Source: an uncultured candidate division Zixibacteria bacterium (lineage in GTDB: Bacteria > Zixibacteria > MSB-5A5 > GN15 > FEB-12). Taken from it: DNA of 64,000 bases. This document shows, in pieces, positions 38,926 through 48,461 of this stretch (the first letter of the stretch is position 1; each line of letters begins with the position of its first letter). The position numbers were made by a program, and so were the translations under genes. The stretch spans positions 224,001-288,000 of the forward strand of contig OY760907.1 in assembly GCA_963664195.1 (NCBI GenBank), given 5' to 3'. Under the pieces are notes generated by a model. That model did not search any database. It worked only from the letters and a program-made list of their open reading frames with translations, and was not told the origin of the DNA.

Positions 38926-41484
38926 CTACATTTTTCCCGTGAAACGAACGAAAGCACCCTGTCCGGTATAGTCATAATCCGGAGTGTCGCTATCGCCCTC
39001 TATCCGTTCATATCCAAGCGAAACCCGGAACCAGCTGTTGCTGTCGTATCCTACCTCGAGTTTCGTGAAAGTCTTCTGATCATCCAGCGGATCAACCGAC
39101 GGGTCACTCTCAGCATTGAGCAACTGACTCTTGATAGATCCTCGGGCAAAGATGTTCTGGGAAAGCGACATGGAACCGCTGAGCAACAGGATGTAGCTCG
39201 TCGATTTCGTTTCCTCGGCTATCGCAGCCGTATCGTTGTCTATGACCTGCATGCGTCGTATTACGCCGGCAGTCAGTTCGTTCAAACGATCCCGGTTCCA
39301 GTTGACCTTTAGTCCCAGGTCCCAGCTCTTGTCTTCACGAGGCTCAATGATATCCTCGGTTGTCCGGCGGAATTCGCTCTCGGCATTGAATGACAGGTGA
39401 TGCGAATGGAAATACGTGATCTGGCCAAGCACGAAATCCGTTGTCGTGACTATGCTCGTGTCGACCGACCAGTCCGAACTCCGTTGTCTTCCAACCTTAC
39501 CGATCACCTTGATCAACTCAAGCGGGAGATATTCCAAAGCAACCGTCCCCGCCCACGCGGCCTTTTCGGGATCGTCCTGCCAGAGCTTCATCCTCTTGCC
39601 CGGTGCCGTGTAGCGACGGTACTCGTAAGTAGCGAGCGTATGAAGAATATCATCAGGACGCATACGAAGCGTCAGGAACGTCGCGTCCTCACGGCTGTCG
39701 TAAAGATCCAATTCCTTGTCTCTACGCGCTCTGAAGCGCTGCGTGAGTTCAATATCAGTCCTTTCGCTGGGCTGACTGGTGAACGAAACCGCTAGCTGGT
39801 TGGTGTTGGCATCGTGGTCGCCGATCGCCAACTCGTTGCGGAACATGGCCAGTTCATAGTTGGCCTTGTAGCCTAACTTGCCCAGGGGGCCGACATCTTC
39901 AAACTTGCCGCCCAGATCCAGGATAGCTCTATTCTGACTGTTGTCCTCGTGGTTCGCGTCATCCCGATCCTTGACGGTACGACGTTCAAATCTGAACCCG
40001 AGGCCGAGCACGTCACTTAAGTCGTTCTTGTATCCGGCCGAGAGAATGTTCTCGTTGCGGAGGCCGTCGTAGGCGTTGAAGTCACCGTTGGCTTCGAGGC
40101 CTCGAAGATTGGCGTACTTCGCAGAAACGCTTGACCGCTCACTCAGCTTGTAGTCACCGCCGAGGTGCAGACGCTGCTGATTCTTGTGAGCATCGAGATC
40201 AGAGTTGGTGAATGACCGGAACTGATCGTCGATCCGCTTGAAGTCTGCATCGAGAGTCAGGTTTTCTATGACCTCGGTCTTGGCGCCAAAACGCACCGCC
40301 GAGTAGCTATCGTCATCATTCGGGTTATCCGTACCGGCAAATTCCAGATATCCGGTAGTATGGTCATCGAGCTTAAAAGAAGCGTCGGCGCCAAACAGAT
40401 TCTCCGGCTCTTCGACGCCCTCGCCCGTGGCACCATCGTCGATGTTGCGATGCAAATACGTTCCGCTGACCTGCGCGCCTTCGGCAGGCATCACGCGGGC
40501 ACGAGCACCCATGATGTCATCGTCCTGATCGCGAAGGTAATCGTAGGTGATCACGATGTACTGTGGGGCGCCCGTCAGCGATTCAGAGGCCACTGGAAGG
40601 TGAAGCAGCACGCGACCGAGCAGGTAGTCAACCGTATAGTCTCTGTCGCGAATAAGCGTCTTAGTCTCCAGAACCGTGGTCTCGTCGTATCGGTCACGAA
40701 TCTCAACTTTCACTTCCTCACTGCCCCGGGTGATCGGTGATTTAGTCAGATCGTACGGACCGGAGGTTCCATCGGCACGGACACCCTCGACTGATCCTTC
40801 GCGGAACGCCTTGCCTTCGAGCTTACCGCCTACCGCTTCGACTCCCACCTTCTCGGTATGAAGGTCGGCGTACATGCCAAACAATGAGCGCTGGTGCAGA
40901 CTGAACTCCGAGCCTTTGAAGCTCGGACGAAGTGACCCGGCCTCAATAACACCGTTGTCTTCGGATTCCAGGCGCATCAGCAATTCGAACCGTGAAGGTT
41001 CCTGCGGTTGAGTCAACAGGCGTTTGTCTAGATTTTCGAATTCCCACTGACGACTGGGGTCGTACAGACCGTCGCCGGTGAAACGCCAGCCATCCCAGAG
41101 CGGTTCGGTCGACTCAACCGACATTTTGAGACGGAACTCCGACGGATCAACCGTGTAGTACTCGTCGGCAATACGGGAGTCGAAAATGGCCGCGCCGTTG
41201 ACTTTGAAGTTGCGCCAAATATTGCCATTGGCGAACATCGAAAGTCTCAGATTGTTGGCGTAATCCACCTTGAGGCTTGGATTCGAAGCCTCAAACTGGT
41301 CCTTGTTGCCGCTCACATGAAGAGCATGCATGGTGACTTCGCCAAAACCGAGCAGGAATAAGTCCTGAACGATCTGCGAAGTGTCAGGCTGGCTGATGAT
41401 TCTGCCCTGTGACGGCACAACGGCTATCAAGAGCAGGAGCACAGCAAGCAGCCCTGTGGGGAGACATTTACCTAATGATTTCAT
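38926..41484 (-). CDS. Large outer-membrane beta-barrel protein, likely partner of the PKD adhesin
   Basis: Signal peptide from MKSLGKC (41484); ADGTSGPYxL..GSEEVKVEIRDR..DYTVDYLLGRVLL; extensive beta strands; C-terminal AFVRFTGKM; 12 bp gap to the adhesin. Confidence 0.7.
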   Translation of the reverse strand: MKSLGKCLPTGLLAVLLLLIAVVPSQGRIISQPDTSQIVQDLFLLGFGEVTMHALHVSGNKDQFEASNPSLKVDYANNLRLSMFANGNIWRNFKVNGAAIFDSRIADEYYTVDPSEFRLKMSVESTEPLWDGWRFTGDGLYDPSRQWEFENLDKRLLTQPQEPSRFELLMRLESEDNGVIEAGSLRPSFKGSEFSLHQRSLFGMYADLHTEKVGVEAVGGKLEGKAFREGSVEGVRADGTSGPYDLTKSPITRGSEEVKVEIRDRYDETTVLETKTLIRDRDYTVDYLLGRVLLHLPVASESLTGAPQYIVITYDYLRDQDDDIMGARARVMPAEGAQVSGTYLHRNIDDGATGEGVEEPENLFGADASFKLDDHTTGYLEFAGTDNPNDDDSYSAVRFGAKTEVIENLTLDADFKRIDDQFRSFTNSDLDAHKNQQRLHLGGDYKLSERSSVSAKYANLRGLEANGDFNAYDGLRNENILSAGYKNDLSDVLGLGFRFERRTVKDRDDANHEDNSQNRAILDLGGKFEDVGPLGKLGYKANYELAMFRNELAIGDHDANTNQLAVSFTSQPSERTDIELTQRFRARRDKELDLYDSREDATFLTLRMRPDDILHTLATYEYRRYTAPGKRMKLWQDDPEKAAWAGTVALEYLPLELIKVIGKVGRQRSSDWSVDTSIVTTTDFVLGQITYFHSHHLSFNAESEFRRTTEDIIEPREDKSWDLGLKVNWNRDRLNELTAGVIRRMQVIDNDTAAIAEETKSTSYILLLSGSMSLSQNIFARGSIKSQLLNAESDPSVDPLDDQKTFTKLEVGYDSNSWFRVSLGYERIEGDSDTPDYDYTGQGAFVRFTGKM

Positions 41485-41981
41485 AGACTCAGGTCCCGGG
41501 GTATTAAGAGAAGTATTGTTGTATTCAGTCAAATCAGATCCGCCTGGGGACGACAATGGCAGGACATCGCGCCGAAATTAGTACTGTTTATCCAGAGTGA
41601 GACATATGCCATAATACTATTTATGACATTTGCTGTCAACGTCGTCCGTCGCCGAAGTCGAGTTAGCTGTCCATTGCGCCATGTTATACAGGTGTTTTTC
41701 CGCTGAGAGGCCCTTCTTCTCCCCGATACGGCGGATATGCAAGAGGTGCCATACCGCTCAGTTGCAGTAACTTGCCTGTCCTGTGACGAGAGTGAAACGA
41801 ATAGGCCGAAAGTGTGCAAAACACCATCCCAAAAGACGTTAAGGGTCGAAAACAAACGTATCTAGGGGGAATTGAGCAAAGACTGTGCCGGTATCGGGGT
41901 ATGCAAGACTCCGCAATGGACACGCATAGCGATGATAGGGACGATAGCGTAAGACGTTACAGTGACTTCCAAGCAAAGAAA

Positions 41982-42005
41982 AATAGCGGAGCAGGGACTT
42001 GAACC
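41982..42005 (-). repeat. Left att site (tRNA 3' fragment)
   Basis: Reverse complement GGTTCAAGTCCCTGCTCCGCTA matches a T-loop plus 3' acceptor strand. Confidence 0.85.
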
Positions 42006-42196
42006 TATGGTACGAGTGACGTTCCCCGTTCGATTCTGTATCGAGTAACACATCAGCTGCATGACTTCGTTCGACTAAGTACAATGACAATAGCGACATA
42101 GGCCGCGAGGAAGGCCGAAACGTCGTTGAGGAACTTGCGTTGAGACTGCTGCAAACTGGCGTCGCAGATATCTGCTGCTAGGCTGACAACCCGAAC

Positions 42197-42628
42197 CTAC
42201 TCAACAAGGCTCTTGAGTTGACCAGCAATCTTCTGGACCGGATTGTTGTCCACGCCAATAGTTGTGTGAGTGTCGATAATATCCTTGCCGAATCCCTTGA
42301 TGTCTTTCTCCCCTTTCGAAATGGAAGAGACTGCTACTTTGTTGTACCTGAGGACATCAGAACAAAACTGGGTCACGGTGAAGCTTGAGGTGGCTGCATA
42401 CATCAAAATATAGTCGTAGGCTCCGGTAGTGGTCACGAACAGAAAGGGCACTACACATCCTGAACTCCCTTTCACTTCTTCTGCGTACCACTTCCTGTGG
42501 ACTGGGTGGTAGTGCAGAGACACAGGCTTCTTTATCAGCTGCCTGTACAATCTGTTTTCAAACTCCTGTAGGCGCCCGGGCTTCACGGTGATGTACGTTA
42601 TGGCAATAATGTCTAGTCCAGAAATCAC
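42197..42628 (-). CDS. Stand-alone Lrp/AsnC ligand-binding (RAM)-like domain protein
   Basis: AITYITVKPG..EF..L / VTTTGAYDYIL / QFCSDVLR / IIDTHTTI matches the RAM pattern. GTG start at 42628 with GGGAG RBS; alternative ATG at 42694. Confidence 0.6.
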   Translation of the reverse strand: MISGLDIIAITYITVKPGRLQEFENRLYRQLIKKPVSLHYHPVHRKWYAEEVKGSSGCVVPFLFVTTTGAYDYILMYAATSSFTVTQFCSDVLRYNKVAVSSISKGEKDIKGFGKDIIDTHTTIGVDNNPVQKIAGQLKSLVE

Positions 42629-42642
42629 TTCATGTCTCCCTT

Positions 42643-44532
42643 TTACTTGCGACCCGTCCCATGGCCTTGATCGTTGTTCAGCGCGATGCGCCATTGCAGC
42701 CTCTTTCGTCCAGTTTTGGGACTCGAGAACAGCAGCTGCACCCACATTGCGTTCATAGTGTCGGTTGGGCTTATCCTTCTTCTCGTTGAACGGCCATTGC
42801 CCGCTACGCCCATAATCTTCGCGACATCGCCCGGCTCGTCCCAAGAGAGCTTCTGATCGTCGATCCTGTCTGTCAGCCTTTTGAGGCCCTTGAGCAGGTC
42901 TGCTTCTCGGTATCGATAGATGTATGGGTTGGATTCATCCGTCTTCTCTCGAAAAGTAGCAAAGAACTTGGTAGGCTTTGTGAATTGGCTGAAGTAATTG
43001 ACGATGTCTGGAAAGAGATCACTCTGGCAGACATTGATCAGTTCTTCTTCCCAGATGTCAAGGTAGACTCGCTTCGAATGCTCTTCTCGTGAGCTCGAGA
43101 AACTCCCTTCAAACATTTTGTCAAGTGTGGCGGCCACTCGACCGTAGCCCATCTGCTTAGCAATACCGGACATTATTCTGAAGCGAGCCATGGGCGGGGG
43201 GTGATCCATATTGGCAATCATCGGATCATTGAGATAGGAGCGCCCCACTCCAGAGTAGCACGAAAAGAAATGAGCACACAGATATGAGATATTGCCCAAA
43301 ACCAGCGATCCCAAGTCAGCCAGGATCTCGTTGGCTATTGACATAGCTGTTCCTTGCCGGTAGAACTTGCCGGCGTAGTAAAACCTATCGTAGCGTGTAG
43401 TAAGGCCAGCGACACGGGCGATTCTGGACAACGGCGCTTCGATGGCATTGGACAGGCGAAGCTGAAGCTCAGCAAGGCTTCTGATCCCCCTACCATAGAC
43501 TTTCCCTACTTCTCTGAATGTACTAGGGACCTGACTGTCACTCAAGGACTCGGACTTCTCCTGGCAATCATAAGCTACTAGCTGTGAAATGTACAAAACG
43601 GGATGAAACAGCTCGTGTATTAAAACTGGGGCATACCGCACCGTCACCGGGAAGAACCTCGGGGCGACTATGCGAGACAGCGTCATTATCTGCTGCGCCA
43701 GAGCCAAGGTTTCATTTACGTTTCGAGGTCCTCCGGGGCCCTCAGGGTATCCCATTCGACTTCCGGAAAGCCGTCGAATAGCCTCATAGTCGTTGGCACG
43801 AAGCTCTTGCTCCAGAGTTCTCATCTCAGCGGCATCCTTGCCGGGACGGCTGGGATCTCTCAGGGAGACAACAGGAGTACCTCTGGTGTTGTGAAAATAC
43901 TGAAAACTGAAACTCCTGCCGCTGGCCACGATCAGTATCGGAGGACAGAGAGTGCCGAATCTGCTCTCGGGCAGGTATGCACGTTGAATGGCTGAGAAGT
44001 AGTGTCCAACTAAGGCTTCCACGCCACGCAGGGTGTCGGAATAGTCCAAGTGCACTTCGGATAGCCTGACTTTTCGACCCTTGTGCACGACTCTGAATTG
44101 CGATGCACCTGACGGGCCTCGGTATCGGCGATAGACGACTGAGTTGGCTGTAGCCTGAATGGACTGAGCAATGGCCCCTGTTGATCGATCGATCAGACTC
44201 AGATATTCAAAAAACGCCCGACTGTGCCAGTACTTAGGATCTGAATCCATCTTCTCGGGTCCACGAAATGCAACTTCGAGATGGGCAGAAAGACACTCTA
44301 GCGCCGTCTCCATTTTTCTGCAGCGAGTTTCCAAGGTGATGTAGAACTGGGTGAGCTCCCGCCGTTCAAGATTCTCGCACAGCCGCAATCCAAACTGGAC
44401 CTCTTGCATAAGAAACTGCAGAGCTTCGTTTCTATACCGATAGTTCTCACACAATACAGTGGACACCCTTGAGTATTCAACAGTCCTGTCCAGTTTAGAA
44501 CCAAGTTCCTCCCACTGTTCCCGATATGACAA
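42643..44532 (-). CDS. Putative zinc metallopeptidase (HExxH...E..AD...HP..xR)
   Basis: PVLIHELFHP, ANEILADL, DHPPPMAR. TTG start at 44532 with AAGGAG RBS (629 aa). Confidence 0.7.
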   Translation of the reverse strand: MSYREQWEELGSKLDRTVEYSRVSTVLCENYRYRNEALQFLMQEVQFGLRLCENLERRELTQFYITLETRCRKMETALECLSAHLEVAFRGPEKMDSDPKYWHSRAFFEYLSLIDRSTGAIAQSIQATANSVVYRRYRGPSGASQFRVVHKGRKVRLSEVHLDYSDTLRGVEALVGHYFSAIQRAYLPESRFGTLCPPILIVASGRSFSFQYFHNTRGTPVVSLRDPSRPGKDAAEMRTLEQELRANDYEAIRRLSGSRMGYPEGPGGPRNVNETLALAQQIMTLSRIVAPRFFPVTVRYAPVLIHELFHPVLYISQLVAYDCQEKSESLSDSQVPSTFREVGKVYGRGIRSLAELQLRLSNAIEAPLSRIARVAGLTTRYDRFYYAGKFYRQGTAMSIANEILADLGSLVLGNISYLCAHFFSCYSGVGRSYLNDPMIANMDHPPPMARFRIMSGIAKQMGYGRVAATLDKMFEGSFSSSREEHSKRVYLDIWEEELINVCQSDLFPDIVNYFSQFTKPTKFFATFREKTDESNPYIYRYREADLLKGLKRLTDRIDDQKLSWDEPGDVAKIMGVAGNGRSTRRRISPTDTMNAMWVQLLFSSPKTGRKRLQWRIALNNDQGHGTGRK

Positions 44533-44608
44533 ATGAATCTCCTTGACAAGAATTAGATGTACCATAATATGTAACAATGGAACAATCAACCCATTTTGAG
44601 AGGTAGTT

Positions 44609-45295
44609 TTGACTAAACTCAACGCCAGCAACGAATCTATCGTAGACAGCCTAATGGTCATTTTCGAGGTCAATGTATCACCGAAGCTTCCTCCGAAACA
44701 GGTGAAGTCTGTCAGAGAGACATATGCTAAGGTGATAGCTAACTCCGAAGTTACTGGACAACTTGCGGAAATGCTCAGAATCAGTGGAAGCGCGGAATCG
44801 AGGCGCTCCTCCATGGAAAGAGACAGCGCAGTGGGAAGTCCGTCTCAGGCAGGAGACGTTTCCGAAGATGCGTTTGTCGATTTGCTGAGAACACAAGGGC
44901 ACACTGTTTCCAGCAAGCGCGCCATTCCGACGACCGGCCAAGTGATCGCCGACTTGGTTGCGCTAGCCGTCGGGTGCTATGTTGGAGGGCCGGCGGTGTT
45001 GGCTACAGGACTCACTATTGCACTAAGCTTTGCTGTAGAAGCCCTTTTTGTGACCGAAAAGGACGATCGCATTGTCCTCATCAAGATCCAAGAGCATGCG
45101 GATAGTCACGGGGGAGAGTGGCCAACATTTGATGATCTTGTAGCAGGGCTGAAGGAGACTCCGATTCGAGAGTTCGGTAGAACTGACGAAGGAATCCGTA
45201 GCCGATTGCGGACGTGCCTCGATAACTTAGAACTGAAGAATATTATCAACAAAAACGTCGATGAGGAAAAGATTACGTACCAAGTGGCTCGATGA
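44609..45295 (+). CDS. Hypothetical protein with a central hydrophobic hairpin and a C-terminal winged-HTH-like domain
   Basis: GAGAGG RBS and TTG start; LVALAVGCYVGGPAVLATGLTIALSFAVEALF; PTFDDLVAGL..LRTCLDNLELKNII..ITYQV. Confidence 0.65.
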   Translation: MTKLNASNESIVDSLMVIFEVNVSPKLPPKQVKSVRETYAKVIANSEVTGQLAEMLRISGSAESRRSSMERDSAVGSPSQAGDVSEDAFVDLLRTQGHTVSSKRAIPTTGQVIADLVALAVGCYVGGPAVLATGLTIALSFAVEALFVTEKDDRIVLIKIQEHADSHGGEWPTFDDLVAGLKETPIREFGRTDEGIRSRLRTCLDNLELKNIINKNVDEEKITYQVAR

Positions 45296-45360
45296 CTCGA
45301 GGCGCTTGATCAACATGGAGCCGGAGCGAGATATAGAAACGTCTTAGACGATTGGTGTCT

Positions 45361-45801
45361 TCAAGTACCGGTAATAACAATACCTTGACGCCTAAAAGCG
45401 TCTCGGAATTCTAAATAACACTTCTTGATAATTGCGGGAGTAGTGTACAGATTGTAGGCGACATCCGTTATCGGCAGTTCTTGTCCCTCGCGATAACCAC
45501 CGGTCTTGTACAGGTCAATAATACATATCGCCATAGGGTCATCAACACCGTAATCCGGTCGCTGATCAGTTCGTTCTGGGCTCAATTCTGACTCAATGAC
45601 ATCTTCGCCGGGAAAGAACTGATCCTCCTTCTCGTACTGTTCAACTTGCTCAGCGGTCAGGGAAATCCTCTTGAAGTTCCCCCTCCTTGCGATAGATCTG
45701 ACTGCTGCGATTAACTTCTTTTTGCGCGATGCACTCGAACTTCGGCGAGAACCAATAGTCCCCTCGACCTTCGCGACTCTACTGCGACTTCTTCTTGCCA
45801 A
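45361..45801 (-). CDS. Small basic protein with a C-terminal HTH-like motif
   Basis: Arg/Ser/Lys-rich N-terminus; LPITDVAYNLYTTPAIIKKCY. Confidence 0.55.
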   Translation of the reverse strand: MARRSRSRVAKVEGTIGSRRSSSASRKKKLIAAVRSIARRGNFKRISLTAEQVEQYEKEDQFFPGEDVIESELSPERTDQRPDYGVDDPMAICIIDLYKTGGYREGQELPITDVAYNLYTTPAIIKKCYLEFRDAFRRQGIVITGT

Positions 45802-46189
45802 TCTATCCTCTTGTCATAAAAAAAACCCGATTTTCGGGCAACCTCAGATGCTTATTCTACGGTACAAAGCTGCATAAGTCAAGCTAGTTCTTCCCATCCA
45901 GAGTTTAGCAATTCTGGTGCCACTCATCGTGCGGGGGACTTCCTGTCCCTCGGCCACTCAAGCATGGAATCACGAAACATATTAACAGACAACAACTTAC
46001 GCCGCTCCCCACTGCTCTGTCAACAACAACTTTGCGGATGTACTTTTAATTTCATTATCGACACCACCACTATTTTGGCCGAGAAACAGTATCGAATCCT
46101 GCTCAATTGCTGCATCGTTGTTCAAAAATCGAGCACACTGTTTCACTGAGTTCCGGACTACTGAATGCGCTTTGGACACAATCACGATA

Positions 46190-46730
46190 GAGACCCCCGG
46201 CTAAAGCCGGGGTTCTTTTTGGCTATCACCAAACGCTTCGCGTCTGTTACAACTCCTGACGGAGTTGTCCTGAATCCTGGTGTCCTTGGAATTCCACATA
46301 GTTGCGGATCGTCTTCTCATCCAGGCCAATACTGCTCACGAAATAGCCCGGTGACCACACAATGTTCTCATTCCAATACACTTTGGATAACCACGGGAAG
46401 AACTTCCGCATCCTCGACGACAATTGACTCTTCAAACGTCCCATCGTCGATGAAATGCTGTATTTGGGAGGAATAGTCATCAACATGTGAAGATGGTCTC
46501 TGTCGAAGCCAATTGTCTCTATCGTCACACCGGGCATTCCGCGAAGCAGACCAGGCAGAGTCTTTCGGATGTAAGAACAGACACCAGGCTTCAGGATCTT
46601 TCGGCGGTATTTGCACACCCACACTACGTGGTACTGCAAACAACACATACTATGCGCTGTCTTGATCACTTCCACGACAGCAATATACCGCCTCAAGGCT
46701 CATTCATCCACGGCTAAAGCCGTGGTGCTC
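46190..46730 (-). mobile_element. IS200-type insertion sequence (tnpA only, no tnpB)
   Basis: Related subterminal hairpins CCCCGGCT-AA-AGCCGGGG (46195-46212) and CCACGGCT-AA-AGCCGTGG (46708-46725) flank a Y1 transposase; exact ends approximate. Confidence 0.85.
46247..46696 (-). CDS. tnpA: IS200/IS605 family Y1 transposase
   Basis: YHVVWVCKYRRKIL, HUH motif DHLHML, IPPKYSIS, WSPGYFVSS, IRNYVEFQ. Confidence 0.95.
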   Translation of the reverse strand: MRRYIAVVEVIKTAHSMCCLQYHVVWVCKYRRKILKPGVCSYIRKTLPGLLRGMPGVTIETIGFDRDHLHMLMTIPPKYSISSTMGRLKSQLSSRMRKFFPWLSKVYWNENIVWSPGYFVSSIGLDEKTIRNYVEFQGHQDSGQLRQEL

Positions 46731-47420
46731 TGTCTGCGACCGCATAGAATGGACAATGGTGTTCAAACGTCCATCGCGTCGCTCATCCACTCACGCCATC
46801 CTGGCGGCATTTCCTAGTGGTCTCACAGTACATTCGGACGTCTAGAGCGCAATTCGCAACCATAGCTCTTGGAGTCGTTCGTCCTCTTAAACATTCTCCC
46901 CTGCAGGCTATGATTGGCTCTCTAATGATAAGAGTTCCGCATCAGCATGGATCTTAGCGCTTGTTTCGCTCCCATTCAGGGCTATCACTAAACCGATTCT
47001 CTCGCAACGAGGAGTCCGTACTCATGGTTTCAACCGTGAAGTCATCATTGACGTTGTCTCTGTAAAAACCGCGCAGTCGGCACCAGCATATGAGGGTCCC
47101 TTCACGAATACGACCCGGCTGTGCCGTTTGGCAATCTAGACGAACCTATGTGGTTCTTTAAGCTGCGGTATGACAGTCTCTGCTGACCTCAAGTCCCGCT
47201 CCCACTCGTTAAGTAGCAAAATCAACTTGACAAGGTTCTGCAATCCTTCCTCGTCCAGCTTCTCCGGGTCGACGATCAGTTGACGTCCTTGCGGTTTCTG
47301 GCAGTGCAAATCACACTCGCGGACTTGTAGTTGGCTCCGCTTTCCTGTGCTAACTTTCGTCTTCAACCGCCATTCCTCCCTCAATGCGTCCCGTATAAAT
47401 CGCCGCTCTCGCTGGTGGAA

Positions 47421-47512
47421 TCCCCGGTAACCTTCCGGTAGCATTTCCGGTGCATGCCCGGTAGCGTTTCGGTAGCCTTCCAGCAGGCTCCCCGGTAGCA
47501 TTCCCGGAACTT
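47421..47512. repeat. Array of 8 degenerate CCGGTAG-type repeats with 11-12 bp period
   Basis: Cores start at 47424, 47435, 47447, 47458, 47469, 47480, 47492, 47504. Confidence 0.75.
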
Positions 47513-47589
47513 CAGCGGGCAAATCATCTATCAGGCGCGCCGGAAACTCGCCCAATCGTCTCAGCCCAAGCCTTCAGCAACCGAATGTC

Positions 47590-48258
47590 TCATGCGCTAT
47601 CCGCAGCAACGGCTCTTCGGATCCTTCGCTCCAGATCCGTATGCAAAGTCAGCCAACGGCCTACAGTCTCGGGCATCGACCAAGAGGATCTTTCGTATGC
47701 CTCAATACTCTCCTCGGTTGGCCATGGTTGGCTCTTCACGAAAGCGAGAATGCTGTCTACGCCAGCAAGGATTTCAGGGCTCATCTCGCGCCTATTCAGA
47801 GCGATTCTTCCGGCGACGTCAAACCAATCCTCCCGCAACGAGGAGTCCCTGCATATAAGAGGGACGTGAAAATCGTAACCAACACTGTCTGTAGCATAAA
47901 CCACGCTGTCAGAACCGGCGTAGAAAAGTCTTTTGACGAATACGACAACGCTGAGCCGCTTACCAATCGAGGCGAACTCCTGAAGATCCCTCAGACGCGG
48001 ATTTGTCGCCTCCAGATTGATCCTTGAGGAGACTTCCTGGTCAAGCTCCTTGTTGAGTTCCTCAACCATCCGATCCTTTGCCTCGATCTTGTCACTCATT
48101 CCCGGGAGTACGAAGAACCTGTCGTAGCAATAAAGGGACACAAGCACCGCGAATACCGCAAGCACGAATACACAAAACGGTCTTCGTCGCCGCCACAGAT
48201 CTCGTAGGTCGTTGAATTCTGTCTCGATCTTCTTGACTTTTGATATATACTTAGCCAC
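47590..48258 (-). CDS. Hypothetical membrane-anchored coiled-coil protein
   Basis: TM segment FCVFVLAVFAVLVSLYCY followed by a coiled coil. Confidence 0.6.
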   Translation of the reverse strand: MAKYISKVKKIETEFNDLRDLWRRRRPFCVFVLAVFAVLVSLYCYDRFFVLPGMSDKIEAKDRMVEELNKELDQEVSSRINLEATNPRLRDLQEFASIGKRLSVVVFVKRLFYAGSDSVVYATDSVGYDFHVPLICRDSSLREDWFDVAGRIALNRREMSPEILAGVDSILAFVKSQPWPTEESIEAYERSSWSMPETVGRWLTLHTDLERRIRRAVAADSA

Positions 48259-48461
48259 TACCTCTCCGTTCTCTCAGCTTGATGGACGGTATCCGAGCCG
48301 ATTACTGGGGATCATCTCGCTGACGAACCACGATACCGTTCCTTTCCGGTTTGGGCACAGACTGCTCGCCAAACATCCTTCGGCATTCCCAGTCTGCTCA
48401 CACAGTCGTCCTCTTCGCAGATGATGCCGCGATTCCAGAAAGTCTACCCTCCAGAGATTCA

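Noticed and set aside
41737..41751. TGGCAC-CTC-TTGCA upstream of the barrel gene as a sigma54 promoter (similar cases near 2817 and 16283)
   Set aside because: Spacing is GG-N8-GC or the GG is missing; sigma54 needs GG-N10-GC
46190..46730. IS605-type TnpB/omega-RNA system
   Set aside because: Both terminal hairpins closely flank tnpA, leaving no room for tnpB
47136..47555. 139-aa ORF as a real gene
   Set aside because: Its N-terminal half is translated from an 11-12-bp-period repeat array; at most a short remnant
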